From assembly GCF_009914755.1 (NCBI RefSeq), contig NC_060943.1: a DNA stretch of 64,000 bases; one strand, written 5' to 3'. The notes under the pieces were generated by a model, which was not told where the DNA came from, made no database searches, and was given only the letters and a program-made list of their open reading frames with translations. Both the position numbers and the translations under genes were made by a program. Positions 32,527-49,761 of this stretch are shown piece by piece (the stretch's first letter is position 1; each line of letters starts with the position of its first letter). This stretch comes from the human T2T-CHM13v2.0 reference genome, Homo sapiens.

Positions 32527-32981
32527 GTATCTCATAAACTAAACTTAGGTAACATATAACTGTATATGAACCTCTGAGAAATGAAAAGGAGTTTAGATAT
32601 TTATCAAAAAGTAATCATATAAGCCAACACTTAGATTACACTTACTACATACCAGTAAGTGTTGGCTATTGTAACTGCCAACCAAACCAAAGTTCTCCCT
32701 TGGTTCCTTTAACACCGGTTTATCCAAAACATTGGATAAACATTGGTTTTTTTCTCCAGAAGCAACCAATAGATCAAGGCCCTTGGTAATGTGTGAATTT
32801 TATCAGTCTCATTCTGAGAAATATGAGGAATGAGAGCCTAAATGTGTGAGTAGGGGAGGGAGGGCTTACTTCCTGCACTGAATGCCCACAGGCCAGGGGT
32901 ATGAGATTTGGGGAGAGCTCCCTCACAAACCCATCACAAGGGGCCAGATCTGTAAAAGCTCATTAACTGTAGGTTTCTAAC

Positions 32982-33074
32982 CTGCACATGCATCTCTTAG
33001 GAGTTTTCTTTCCAGTGGCCAAAGTTTCTCTTTGTGGTCTAACTGGAATATTCTATCTGGTTTGAAATGATGAT
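32982..33074 (-). pseudogene. Vestigial KRAB-B exon in ZNF285 intron 3
   Basis: 93-nt phase-1 open frame HHFKPDRIFQLDHKEKLWPLERKLLRDACA; donor CAG|GTTAGA; acceptor reads AA instead of AG. Confidence 0.7.
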
Positions 33075-33110
33075 TTGAGGAAACAGGTCCAGTGGTCTCA
33101 TGCTCAGTTA

Positions 33111-33242
<132 letters not shown>

Positions 33243-34177
33243 CTAAAACATCAACCACATGCCACGTCAATCATCCACACAAATGACTGGTCTTAGTCTG
33301 TTTGGGCTGCCTTAATAAAACACCACAGTCTGATTAGATTAAACAAAATAAACTTATTTCTTCCTGTCCTGGAGGTTGGAAAGTCTAAGATCAAGTACCA
33401 CCAAGATAGGTTTCATTCAGGTTTCTTCTCTTGGCTTGCAGACAGCTCTGCTCTCACTGTGTCCTTACATGGCAGAGGGAGAATGAGAGCAAGCTCTGTT
33501 GAGGCTCTCATAAGGACACTAATCCTATTGGATCAGGGATTCCCAAAGGACAGTATTAATCAAATTATAAAATATGGCCCAGGAAATAGGCACAGATAAA
33601 TCTATACTAAGGTGTTGTGCTGATACACAAGTCTAGTAGCATTTCATGAGTTCATTTCTCATCACACACCAAGATTTAGTATTTTCACTTTTTCATGGCA
33701 GATTAATCTATTTGTATTATGTTAAAAGGAACTAAGAAGACAGGGTAACTAAAAGCATTGGCTCCTAGATTCAAAAAACACAAAAGAGAAATGGGAGATT
33801 ATTAGGATAATTAAGAACACTTGGATATCAACTAGGTATTAAAAAATAGTGGTATCAATGTGAAATTTCTTGAGTATGTTAGCAGTAATGTGGAAATGTA
33901 GGAAAATGCTCTTATTCTTAGGAGATACAAACTGAAATATTTAGGGATGAATTATAGTAATGCCTGCAATTTATCCCCAACTGGGTCAATCAAATAAAAT
34001 ATAGACATGTGTGTGTATATATGTATATTATACATATGTTTGTGGGTGATTGTTAACAATTGGTGAATCTAGGTGAAGATTACACATTATGCTATTCTTT
34101 CGTTTTCCTGATAAATTGAAATTTCTCAAAATAAAAGGATGCGGGTAATCATCTGGTATTAATAACCATCTCCTCAT

Positions 34178-35365
<1,188 letters not shown>

Positions 35366-37150
35366 AACCATCTCCTCATCAAGAAACCAATTTTTACATA
35401 AAATATTTCTATGGCTGCATATATCGCACTGCTCAGAGTTAAGTATTTACAGATATGTTCTCTCAATAGACTCTGCATCTCTAAATAAAGCAGAGGTTTC
35501 AAACAAAAGTTGTAAGCAGTTACAAAGGACTTCACAAGAACATGTTACTAACAATTGTCCAATTACCAAAATCTGACAATGATTAAAAACAAAATCTAGG
35601 GGAGTCAGCACGGTTGTCCTAATAGCACCACTCTCTCAGTAACACTACTGTATGCCTTCTTCTGTGGGAGGCAACAAAATTGAATTGGAGATAATCATTC
35701 AGGAAATACAGATACACTGAAGCTTACTTGGGGTGTTCCAATGTAGGAAGAAGGAGTTAGGAATAGAGGTTCACACAGCCTACTCCTCATTCTCCCTTCT
35801 CTGCCTCAGCTATAGAGCCTGGGAAAACAAAACACTCATTTCTCCACCACCCTTGTAGCTGGATGGATCCCTTGTGGGAATCCTAGGCAGCGATTGTCAT
35901 AGGATGCAGATACAAGGACAGCCCCAAAATATTAAGAAACCAAATTTATAAATGAATAAACACATGCAAAAATCTTTAAATCTTTTCCTCTATGAAGTAT
36001 TCTTGTATAACCATCTATGAAGTATGAATCTATTCAAGCATCTGGTGCTTCCACTTACAAGAAATACTGTGGATAGAGTAACACACTGAAAGACACCAAA
36101 AGGAAGCAAACAAATGCATTCCAAATGTAGGAAAGAACACAGGACACCAAACTTGGTTTCTGCAACAAGTCAATAGCAGGAGAGAATAAAGTAGAGGGGC
36201 AGATTTCTCTAGATTAAAAGACATTATGAGATACAACAACTAACTGTATGATAGTATAGACCTTGTTAAGATCCCATTTGAACAAACCAACTGTTAAAAA
36301 ATTTTTTGAGATAATCAGGGAAATTTGATTATTGTCTGGGTATTAGATAATACCAAATAATTATTGATTATTTCATTAGTCCATTTTTAAGGAAATATAT
36401 ACTGAAATACACAGAGAGTGTGGTAAGTTAGACTGCTGTTTAGAAATATCCTCTTCCATGCTCTCCAATCCCACTAAAGGACCAGAGTGTGTTTCCTTAC
36501 CCCTTTAGTTTTGACTTGGCAGTGTAACTTATTCTGGCTACCAAAATGAAGCAGAAGTGATAATGTGCCAGTTCTAAACCTGGGCCTTGACAGATCTCAC
36601 ATGTCCACTTGCTCTCTTGTCCCTCTGTCTTCACTATGAGGACACAACCAAGCTAACCAAAACGAGCAGAGTGCTACCAAATATCCATGGCATTGGCTTT
36701 AGGTCCAGGCCATAACCATTGAGGACACTGTTACAGGAGGCTGGAAAAATGGTGACCTGGGTGATGCAGTGGTGAACATTTGGTGAACTGTTGCTGTAAT
36801 TTAGAAGATAGAAAATGTACCTAATGAATCTTGGACTTGGGCAAGATGGTTTCCAGGCAGCAGGATAAAAGTGTGAACTCATTCATTTTAGTTGCATATA
36901 TAATAAGGTACTATACAAAAGTGATATGCTCAGAGAAAAACCAATACCATGTGAAATACCATGCCTCTTTCAAATACTTTGGGAAAGAAAAAAACTGAAA
37001 AAGAGATTAAGCAATTCTCTTTGGCAAAAAGTTAATTGTTGAAACTGCATGATGGGTACTGCAAATGGAGGATCATAATACCATTTGCTCTTTTTGTGTA
37101 TTTTCATAATTAATTTTTTTCATGATTAAAAGAAAATCCTTCCTCCACAC

Positions 37151-37561
37151 TGTGATGGTCTTTCTAATGTGTCAACTTGGCTAAGCTACAGTCCTCAGTT
37201 ATTGAATCAAACACTAATCTAGGTATTGCTATGAAGATAATTTGTAGATGTGATTAAAGTCCATAATCAGTTGACTTTAAGGGAGATTATTCTAACTAAT
37301 CTGAGTATGTCTGATTCAATAAACTGAAAGGTCTTATGAGCAGAGCTGAGGCTTCCCTGGGAGGGGGAGAAATTCCACCCACAGACAGTAGCTTCAGTCT
37401 GTGTCCAAGAGTTCCAGCCCACCCTTCCTGAGGGGCTGCCCTGTGGATTCTGGACTTGCCTAGTTAGCCCCCATAATCATATAAGTCAATTCCTTATGAT
37501 AAATCTCTTAATATATATCTCTTACTGGTTCTGCCTTGCTGACTGAACTCTGACCAATACA
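37151..37561. mobile_element. ERVL/MaLR-type (MLT2- or MLT1-like) solo LTR
   Basis: TGTGATGG...tgtgtcaacttgg start and ...ctgaccaataCA end. Confidence 0.65.
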
Positions 37562-37974
37562 TACCCATTCAAATCTTGCTACTTATTGAATGAGGCCAGT
37601 CACATTTAGAGTATGGTCATGTATATGCTGCCCATGCACTCGGATGCTGCGGCAACACCAAATTTCTGTAAGTTTCTGAACTTACTCTTGATTCTTTTTC
37701 CCTCATCGGGCAGTGATAAGCAGTTCATGGACTGGTACTGATACATGAACTACACTTAGAGTAGCACCAAAGTAGACATCTTGAAATCTGTGAGTTTGTT
37801 TCTTCACTTCTATAAAGGGAGTCAAACCACCTGCCTCACAAAGTCATTATGAGCAGATAAAGTACCTAATACATAGTAGTCACTCAAAAAATGCTGACCT
37901 CCTTTCAGAAAACAGAAGTGTCTGGTTCCTCAGAATGAACAGCATATTTAAAGAGAAAGAAACCCTTAACTTAC

Positions 37975-37989
37975 CTGGAACTTAATCAT
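37975..37989 (-). CDS. ZNF285: ZNF285 exon 2 coding part (MIKFQ); whole exon 37975-38032
   Basis: ATG at 37989, CAG|GTAAGT donor, ttctttgcag acceptor next to 38032. Confidence 0.9.
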
Positions 37990-38377
37990 ACCGTCTTCCT
38001 TTTGGAAAGGGCAGGATTCTGGAAAAGCAGAACTGCAAAGAAGAAATAATCCATGAGATCATGGGTTCAACAAGTTGTGAATGAACATTGGTTCCTTCCT
38101 TATCTGTACAAGTTTCTCACAATTTCTCCTCTCACTGGATATCATCTCTTCTCGCTCTGAACAGACTGAACTCCCACCTCCTCAAGACTTCCCTAGATTT
38201 GTCCCCAGTCCCTCAATCTCAGACCACTGTGTAACTCCTATCTCTCTCCTGAAGCTTTTGGGTCAAAACCTGCACATTCTTTTCCTTTTCTGAGACTTGT
38301 GAATGAACTGACATAATCTACATCTCAATTATGCTGGAAAAGAGGCTACAGAATTGCTGAATAAGGGAGCAATCTCA

Positions 38378-38690
<313 letters not shown>

Positions 38691-41315
38691 GAGAGAGCAA
38701 TCTCAGGATGACAGGGACCTTCTGCTATTTCCACTTTCGCATGCAAGACTTGATCTTGTATGGCCAAGCCTGTGGTCTAAAGAACATGCCGTTAGCCAAA
38801 ATATACAAATTAAATCCCAATTTTTATTATTATGTTAATCAATAATACAAATTTTTAAACATCTACACCTTGACTCTTGGCTTCCTAAACTATCTCTCCA
38901 GCACCCATTCTATCCCCTGCTTTTGCAAATATTGATGACACACCTATGACATATAAGACACATTCTCTGTTCTGGAAATGCTCATGGTATACTGAACTAC
39001 ACATGTTCTCAGACTGCAGGTAGACCAAAGTAGGTAGACAGAGGCCTTCTAAGCTTGCCACTTCATATACACTAAAGCCCCTTCCTGTTCTGCTTATATC
39101 AGTGGATTCCCTTGCCAGTTAGCTTCCAGTTGGGTTCAGCCAATGGGGAAAGCCAGCAAGAGATCCAGGGAAGGGACAAGAGTGAAGTCAGAATATTTAT
39201 TCCCCCAGGTTTTTCCCTAGAGGTTGCTGTGGAATGGCTATATTCCATATCCATTGACCAAAGGTCATGGCCTCCATCAGGCAGCTGTCATCCCATAAAT
39301 CTTTCTTCAGGTTTTAGCAACTGCCTCCTCCCTTAGCCCTTCAGTCCTAAAGTCAGTAAGTTACCCTGCTATCACTAGCTCTGAAATATTGCAGTATCCT
39401 TTGTTGATTACCACAGCCTGCCTACAACTTTATAGATTGTCCCTTTATTAAGCTCTTCTCAAATTACCCAATTTGAGTGTTCTGTTTATTTTTTATTGGG
39501 ATTCCATCTGATAAACCCTGTAAACACAATTGCCTCTGGCCTTTGTGGAGAAACTTATTGTATAAAATTGCCACTTTAAGCACTGTGGAAACACCGAAGA
39601 TTAAAAAACAAAAGCCCAAAGCCATGTTTCTGCCTTCTCAGATAGTGCTTCTCACACTATCTGTGATAAAGGACTAGTTTTTAAATTATTATTACTGTTA
39701 CTTTCAGTCTGTCACAGACTGATATTCTGGTAAGATACAGTAACAAGAAATTACCAGAAAAAGGAAATTTAGAAGGTATGCAAATTAAAGCCCAATTGTT
39801 ATTATTATGTTAATCAATAAGACAAAATTTTCAACATCTACACTCAAGTTCTCAAATTATCTGGTCACAGACCAATATCATTTATTGGCACTGGTCTGTG
39901 GGCTACCCTTTGAATTGCAGCTCACAGGGTTATAGAATCAGGTTAATAGAATGTGAAATGTCTTTTTGGTAAATCCTTGGACTCTTTTTCTCTCCTTTCC
40001 TACCTTTAAGAGACATCATTAATCACTTCTTATTTTGGGCTCCAACAAAGGCCAAAATAAGGAGGGTTCAACTCATTAGTACAGCATGAATTACATCGTT
40101 TTACAATAGTTAAAACCTACCAAGAAAACACTCCTCCTTTCCCCTGTCAAAAAACTACAAATCCTAAAAAAAAAAAAAAATAACCAAGCTGTAGTCTTTT
40201 ATCCACTGTACTTGGTAAGGATCTTATCATTTAACAAGCACTCAATCAATGTTTCTCAATATTAACAAATGCACAAATAGAATTGGCTTGGATATTATAC
40301 ATTAGATGCACGTGCAAAGACATAAACTCACCCTCTACTTCCAGTACCTGTTCTCACTGAAGAGCCAATAATGGGACAGGTTTATTTTGAAGCACACATC
40401 CACACACATGCACTCACACATATATGGTTGGGGGTTTGGTTTCCTGAATTTCTGGCTTCAGACACTACCTGCCTGTATCAAGTCAGGGCCGTGGCACGAA
40501 CCAGACGGCACATTGAAATTTGAGGAGAGTTTAATAAACAGACGGCTTACAATGGTGTTGGCTCGGGGTAAGGAAATCACAATGGATAAGGCTCTATCCT
40601 GGGGAGTGACAGGGAGGTGCCATTATAATACCTGGGCCTTAAGAGGTAAGGGGAGGGAGCAGTCCCTGGAGCCTGGAACTAAGAGGACTGTGTGGCCAGG
40701 GCCACCCAAACTATGACCTGTTGTTTAGAAGGGCAGCTAATCTGTGACAATCCTGCAGAGAGAGAACTGGGGGACAAGATACTCCAACTCACACTTCTTC
40801 CTCTCTCCAAACTTTCCTGTTGAGACTTCCCATTGGCCAAAGACAAGCAAGGCCAGAAGGCAATGGCGGCCTTTCAGGGCAGACAGCAGGGTGGAAAAGG
40901 TGGGGAGCCAAAGGCATGGGACACATGGCACCTCAAGACTCTTGTTTTTTCCCTATCTGCCAAAGTCCACACAGCTCTCGCACACAAATGCCTTTCTCAT
41001 CCCTCACCCTGACAACTACTCTGATCTGAGGAATGCATCAGGAATGAGACCAGATGCCCATATCAACTTCTTCAGGGAATGAAGACCTAGAGGAAAAGTG
41101 CAGCTGAATCTGGAACTGCAATTGCCCAGAAACACGATCAGAAATGTAATAAATGCTGCTATTACACCTAAAATAATTAACACTAAATCTCTAACTTTAT
41201 CAAATATACAGAGAGTGTTCAAACTTCAAATTTGTTGAGTGTAATTTAACAACTTATATTTGCTAATGTGCTTTATAATACTCAAAGTCCCTACTCCCTG
41301 GCTCACAGCATGTGA

Positions 41316-41657
<342 letters not shown>

Positions 41658-42343
41658 GGGACAGTTCTTTTCAAAATGTATTCGGTGACATTAAACTCTG
41701 GAGTTATTACAGTATTACAGTCTGAGTTGTTTCTTTATTGCCAAAAGCCAGAACCTCTGCCTTGAAGTCATAAATGCCCCAATGGAGTCAGAGCTGCCAA
41801 AATCCAGAGTTCAGACCCAAGACAACTCCCCATCCAAGAACCTAGGGGTGCTGAGCCAGAATCGCCCCCACCAAACTGAGCGAGAACAGCCGAAGCCATC
41901 CTCTATATCCAGAGACTAGCTGCTTAAGCAAATCCCTCATCCCATTCAGGGACGCACAGTCCAGCCATTACTCCAAAACCCTGAGCCAGCGCCCCTCTGC
42001 CCTCATCCAGAGATGCACATCCCAAGACTGACCCTAAGCTTCGACCCGAGGAGGCACAGCGCAAGTCGCTGTCACGAAACGTGAAGATGCACTGTTTTGT
42101 CAAACCCAGGGCTGCTCCCCAAACCGAGCCCACGCTCGAGCCCACGCTCTTCCCATCCTATCCCGGGTAGGTCGGGCCGCTGAACTTCCCTAGTCTACCC
42201 CACCTACGAGGCCTTATCATTGGTTACCAGTCCCCTCTTCCACTCCTCCTACTTCAGTCCACAGGGACGGGTCACAGCTGCACATCCTACACTCCTACTC
42301 CTGGCTACGCCTCCAAGAGGGGCGCGGTACAGACGGGACTCAC

Positions 42344-42388
42344 CCCAGCGTCCCAAACAATGTCGCCCGCAGCGTGCGTCCAGTACCA
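42344..42388 (-). other. ZNF285: ZNF285 non-coding exon 1 (5' end approximate)
   Basis: Minus-strand GGG|GTGAGT donor at 42344/42343 in a CpG-rich patch. Confidence 0.75.
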
Positions 42389-42525
42389 TGGCGCATGCGC
42401 AAGGAGGCCTATGGCCTACAATCCCCAGAAAGCCCCGCGCGCAGCAGTGGCCATTCGCAAGGCTACCCTGGTGAAGGTGGCCTTTGACTTCCGTGCATTT
42501 GGAAGTCCTTTGACTTCCGTGCATT
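42386..42525 (-). promoter_or_regulatory. ZNF285 promoter
   Basis: NRF1 palindrome GCGCATGCGC at 42391-42400, SBS-like CTACAATCCCCAGAA near 42416, twice-repeated CCTTTGACTTCCGTGCATT with an ETS core. Confidence 0.75.
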
Positions 42526-43721
42526 CGTCTAAAATAACGACAATCATAATAACGATAAAATAATGAAATGTTAAATAAATCACTATCAACGATGAAAAGA
42601 AGTTTCAATATTTTACTACTTGGAAATGGGCACTTTACCGTTTTAGTGAAGACTTTTATAAGTTCTTATTTTATAGGCATGTCTTTTAACGTTAAAACCA
42701 CGAAACTTTTCAATTAACACTCACTTAAATAATTCCCTCCCCGCCCCCCACCATGTTTTATTTCTGTTGATGAAAACTCTGGATAATCTACACTTGCGAT
42801 ATAACATAGCCCTGTAATTTATTTCCTAGTCTCAGAAGAAGCAGAAGGAATTAACAACTATTGTCTGAATCCTTAACAGGGGAATTGCAGGAGTACTGAG
42901 AGTGTCCTAAAAGAGACACATTACAACATAACAAGAAAACGCGGGAAGTTTTCAGATTCTTTTTGAAAATTTGCCCTTGTTGAGACTTAGGCTTTATTTT
43001 ACTTCATGTTATTGCATTTAAGATTTAAGATTTCTATTAAAGAAAAATTTGGGTACCCTAAATGGGGTAAGAAAATTGAATAGGAATTCCATTAGAGGCC
43101 CACAGTTTTAGCCTGGAGGAAAGCCCTGATAACGTGTGAGAACAATCTGTCTCCTAGGAAAGGTCACCTGGTCCTGCTGGCAGAGTCTCTGTTTGGAATA
43201 TCTGGCTGGCATTCCCTTTTCCACGCACCCTCAAGCTGTAGGGGTGGTGAGGCGGTTCCAGTCCTAGACTAGATAGAGAAGTGAAGACCCCCACCTCTAC
43301 GCAATGGGCAGGAAATGGTTGAATAATATCCAACTATAGCTTGACATCGCAGCTTAGGGCACATAAAGGGACAGTGCAATTGTTTTGGCTTATCTCTGTC
43401 TTTTGATGTTTACATGTTTGATGTTCTTATATATTGCTCTAAGTTGAAGGATTACTTGATTTAATTTGACATACTTGAATTTTAAAAAACGAGTTCAGGA
43501 ACATTTTTATTTTTGACCTAATACAAGGTTAATTTTTGTGACATCTGTGTCTGTTGGAAAACAATGTGTCTTCTCTATCAGATGGATATGCATACATTTA
43601 TATTTTCCCCAGACTTGCTAACTGTGCTATTTAAATTTCCTACATGCTTATTTGTGCTTACTTAGATTTTTTCATTATGCATCTGTCAACGATTGAAAAG
43701 TGCATGTCAAAAAGGTTCCCA

Positions 43722-44418
<697 letters not shown>

Positions 44419-44499
44419 GCTTCATTTTTCAAAAGTCAAGTTACTAGGTATACAAATGGCTTTACTTTTTAAAAGTTGTGTTGTTAGGTATGGAAGTGT

Positions 44500-44912
44500 T
44501 GTATTCCTTATCTGAAATACTTGGGACCAGAAGTGTTTCAGATATTTTATTTTTTTCAGATTTTGCAATATTTGCATATACGTAATGAGATATCTTGAGG
44601 ATGAGACCCAAGTCTAAATGCAAAATTCATTTGTGTTCCATATAAACCTTATACATGTAGCCTGAAATTAATTTTATAGAATTATTTTGAATAATTTTGT
44701 TCACAAGGTTTGTATACAATGTTTGTGTGCATTGAACCATCAGAAGCAAAGATTGCCTTCGTCAGATGACCAAAGAAAAATCAATGAAAAGAACAGAAAG
44801 AAAGCAAATACTTCAGGTGTGGAATTTTCCACTTGTGGTGTCATGTTCACATTCCAAAAGTTTTAGATTGTGAAACATTTTGGATTTTAAAATTTAGTGA
44901 TGCTGACCCTGT
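44500..44912. mobile_element. Tigger-like DNA transposon relic
   Basis: ccttatctgaaatacttgggaccagaagtgtttcagat start motif. Confidence 0.55.
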
Positions 44913-45659
44913 GTAAGTTTCATAATGTTCATATCTTCTTGATGGGCCAAAAATTTCGTTAACAATTTTAAGTATTTTGTATTTTCACCTTGAGTTTACT
45001 TTTCAGTGAAGACTGTACCTGCTTTCTTTTCATTAGATTTCATCTAGTATTTATTCTTTCATTTTGTCTTAAAATTAGTATATTTCTTTACCTTATTATT
45101 TATATACTCTTTATTATTATAGTTATTTTTAAATGTTACTTTTACCTAATCTAAGAGCTTGGCTTTAGTCTGAAAATCCACACTTAAATGGGTGTGTTAA
45201 GAACAAAAGAGAAAGCTCTTGTATAATTGATCTAGGAGCTGCTCATACTTCCCAACTGTAGAACAGTGAATCTGGCCTGTAATCCTAGTTGCTCAAGCAG
45301 CTGAGGTGGGAGGATGGCTTGAGCCTGGAAGGTTCAGGGTGTAGTGAGCTATGATGGTGCTACTGTACTCCAGCTTGGGTGACAGCATGAGATCTTATGT
45401 CTGAAAAAATAGAACAGTGACCCTCAAACAGGAATGAAATAGCCTCCCTAAGACTTTTTTGAATTGTGTGAGTGATCTTTGCTTGCTCCAGTGACTGGGG
45501 TATGTGTTTAGTATGCAGAGGTAAGGAATGCTAAACATATTGCACTTGTAAATTAATTCTCTCAACAAAGAAGTCATCCATTCAAATACCCAACAGTAAC
45601 CCCTTGAAAATCACTGCTCTAAAGGAAAGAAAATGAACAACAATAACCTCAATCAAATA

Positions 45660-48110
45660 AAAGGAGGGAAAGAAACAATCAAATCAGTAAAGAGAAAGTC
45701 AAACTGCTGCTGTTTGCTGATGATATGATCATATACCTAGAAAACCCTAAAGACTCCTTCAAAAAGCTTCTAGAACTCATAAATGAATTCAGCAAAGTTT
45801 CAGGATACAAAATTAATGTACACAAATCATAGCTCTGTTGTACACCAAAAGCAACCAAGCTAAGAATGAAATCAAGAACTCAACCCCTTTTACAACAGCT
45901 GCAACAAAAAATACATAGGAATATTTCTAACCAAGGAGGTGAAAGACCTCTCTACAAGGAAAACTACAAAACACTGTTGAAAGAAACCATAGATGACACA
46001 AACAAATGGAAACACATCCCATGTTTATGAATGGGTAAATCAATATTGTAAAAATGACCATACTGCCAAAAGCTGTTTACAAATTCAATGCAAGTTCCAT
46101 CAAAATACCACCATCATTCTTTCCAGAACTAGAAAAGACAATTCTAAAATTCATATGGAACCAAAGAAGAGCCCGCAGAGCCAAAGCAAGACTAAGTAAA
46201 AAGAACAAGTCTGGAGGCATCACATTACCTGACTTCAAACTATACTATAAGGTTGTAGCCACCCAAACAGCATGGTACTGGTATAAAAATAGGTACAAAG
46301 ACCAATGGAACAGAATAGAGAACCCAGAAATAAATCCAAATACTTACAGCCAACTGATATTTGAAAAAACAAACAAAAACATAAAGTGAGGAAAAGACCT
46401 CCTATTCAGGCTGGGCGCGGTGGCTCACGCCTGTAATCCCAGCACTTTGGGAGGCCGAGGCGGGTGGATCACAAGATCAGGAGATCGAGACCATCCTGGT
46501 TAAGGCGGAGAAACCCCGTCTCCACTAAAAATACAAAAAATTAGCCTGGCGCTGTGGCGGGGGCCTGTAGTCCCGGCTACTCAGGAGGCTGAGGCAGGAG
46601 AATGGTGTGAACCTGGGAGGCGGAGCCTGCAGTGAGCCGAGATCGCACCACTGCCCTCCAGCCTGGGTGACCCAGCGAGACTCTGTCTCAAAAAAAAAAA
46701 ACAAAAAAAACAAAACAACAACAACAACAACAAAAACCGTATTCAACAAATGGTGCTGGGATAATTGGCAAGCCACATGTAGAAGAATGTGACTGGATCC
46801 TCATCTCTCACCTTATGCAAAAGTCAACTCAAGATGGATCAAAAACTTAAAACTTGAAACCATAAAAATTCCAGAAAATAACATCAGAAAAACCCTTCAA
46901 AACATTAGCTTAGGCAAAGACTTGATGACCAAGAACCCAAAAGCAAATTCAACAGAAAAAATGATAAATAGGTGGGACTTAATTTAACTAAAAATTTTCT
47001 GCACAGCAAAAGAAACACTGAGCAGAATAAACAGACAACCCACAAAGGGGAGAAAATCTTCACAATCCATACATCTGAAAAAGGATGAATATTCAGAATC
47101 TTCAAGGAACTCAAACAAATTAGCAAGAAAAATACAAAGAATCCCATCAAAAAATGGGCTAAGGACATGAATAGACAATCCTTAAAAGAAGATATACAAA
47201 TAGCCAACAAACATATGAAAAAATGCTCAACATCACGAATGATCAGGGAAGTGCAAATCAGAAACACAATGCAATACCACCTTACAGCTGCAAGAATGGC
47301 CATAATAAAAGATTTAAAAAATAATAGATGTTGGTGGGGCTGTGGTGAAAAGGGAACACTTTTACACTGCTGGTGGGAATGTAAACTAGTGCAACCACTA
47401 TGGAAAACAGTGTGGCAATTCCTTAAAGAACTAAAAGTAGAACTACCATTTGATTCAACAATTCCACTACTGGGTATCTACCCAGAGGAAAAGAAGTCAT
47501 TATATGAAAAAGATAGTTGCACACACGTTTATAGCAACATAATAAGATGTTTTATAAATATAAGTGATGAAATCCCTCTATTGAAAGTTTATTAGAGTTC
47601 ATCAGCATTGATATCATCTCTCAAAATTAAAAAAAAAGTTTTCTTTTGTTGTTTGTTTTGGTTTTTGTTTGTTTGTTTTGATGCATGGTCTTGCTCTATT
47701 GCATATATATATATATGTATATATGAATGCTATTCCACAATAAAGAGGAACAAATTAATGCCATTCATAGCAACTTGGATGGAATTGGAGACCATTATTC
47801 TTAGTGAAATAACTCAGGAATAGAAAACCAAATATTGTTTGTTCTCACTCATAAGTGGGAGTTAAGCTATGAGGATGCAAAGGCATAAGAATGATACAAT
47901 GGACTTCAGGGATGGAGGGGAGGGAAGGATGGGAGAGGGGTGAAGGAAGAAAGACTACAAATTGGGTACAGTGTATACTGCTCAGGTGATGGGTGCACCA
48001 AAATCTCACACATCACCGCTAAAGAATTTATTCGTGTAACCAAATGCAACCTGTTTCTCAAAATCCTATTAAAATAAAAATAAATCAAAAAATTAAAAGC
48101 CATTGCAAAT
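45660..48110 (+). mobile_element. 5'-truncated L1 (L1PB/L1MA-like): ORF2 3' part and 3' UTR
   Basis: [15 protein letters not shown] motif near 45710; ORF2-like translations at 46054-46389 and 47167-47530. Confidence 0.88.
46409..46736 (+). mobile_element. Alu (AluY-like) inserted in L1
   Basis: CpG-rich Alu with A/CAA tail. Confidence 0.93.
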
Positions 48111-48378
48111 AAAGACAAAATCAGATGTTTTATAAATATAAGTGATAAAATTTCTCTATTAAAAGTTTATAGAGTTCATCAGTGTTGATATTATCTTTCC
48201 AAATTAAAAAATGTTTTGTTTGTTGTTTGTTTTGGTTTTTGTTTGTTTGTATTGATGCATGGTCTTGCTCTGTTGCTTACTGCAGCCTCAACTTCCTAGG
48301 CATGAGTAATCCTCCCACCTCAGTGTCCCAAGTAAGTGGAACTACAGGTGTGCACCATCATGCCTAACTGATTTTTAA

Positions 48379-48818
<440 letters not shown>

Positions 48819-49039
48819 TAAAAATTTTTTTAATTAAAAATTAAATAATTAAAAAGTGGATGAAAGACATAACAAGGCACTGAAATGAAAAATGACGAAA
48901 AGGCATCAACTATGACCACCTTGTTATCACAAAAATGAAAACCAACATCATTTTTACATATCAAGTTCACAAAGATTAAACATAAATCCCTTGATCCTCA
49001 ATAGTGTGAAAAAATGGACACGTTTACATTTTAGGCTGA

Positions 49040-49630
49040 CAGAAAAAAACAAAAACAGTTTTTCCTCCGCTCTCACATCACAACAATCAACACAGAAGAT
49101 TTCTGTGACGATATGTCTAGGGATTTCTCTCGGTCAGTCAAGCACACAATCCATTCTGCTGTGGAGAGCAGCTGGGTGTCTTCTAATTCATTTATGACAC
49201 TATCTAACTGGACATAGCATTAGATTCCACAGGGCTCAGTTCCGCAAGACTGGCCTCCCACTCTAATAACAATGGCAAGCCATACGTTGTTTTACCTATG
49301 CTTTCATCAACTAGCTATAAATCAGGTTTCCACCGCTCCCTATTTTAGTTGCATTACTTTCCTCGAACAGCTCACAGCACGCAGGGAAACACTGACATTT
49401 ACAACTTTACCATAGCGGATATTGCAAAAAATCCAGAAAAAAAGATTCATGGGTCCTGGCAGGGGGAAGGGGCGCACTACTTTCCAGGAAGTTTTACCCA
49501 GAAGCTCTCTAAACCCAGTCCTTTTGAGTTTCTATGAAGGCTTCACTCTATAGGCATGATAGGTTAAGCCATACGCTATTGGTGATCAACTCAACCTTCA
49601 GGCACTCAACCCTCCTGGAAAATGGGGTTC
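49040..49630. mobile_element. MER21-like LTR relic in unit A (counterparts ~55304-55760 and ~58850-59440)
   Basis: gacactatct...attagattccacagggctcag...cgcaagactg and ggtgatcaactcaacc motifs; family recalled by eye. Confidence 0.55.
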
Positions 49631-49715
49631 AGGCACTGCCATTCTCAGTCTGAATAATAGAATTTACATAAACAGAATTTTACAACAGATTAGCATAACT
49701 GAAAACTGAATTAGA

Positions 49716-49761
49716 TGATTGAATTATCTGGAGCCACACCTTGATATTCCTAATCCAATCA
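49716..49761. promoter_or_regulatory. Pair of DUX4-type double-homeobox motifs
   Basis: TGATTGAATTA (49716-49726, reverse of TAATTCAATCA) and TAATCCAATCA (49751-49761) both fit TAAYYYAATCA. Confidence 0.6.

Noticed and set aside
38802-39845. ~65-bp direct repeat (38802-38870 and 39779-39845)
   Set aside because: Appears to be two pieces of the same old DNA-transposon family; no functional signal.
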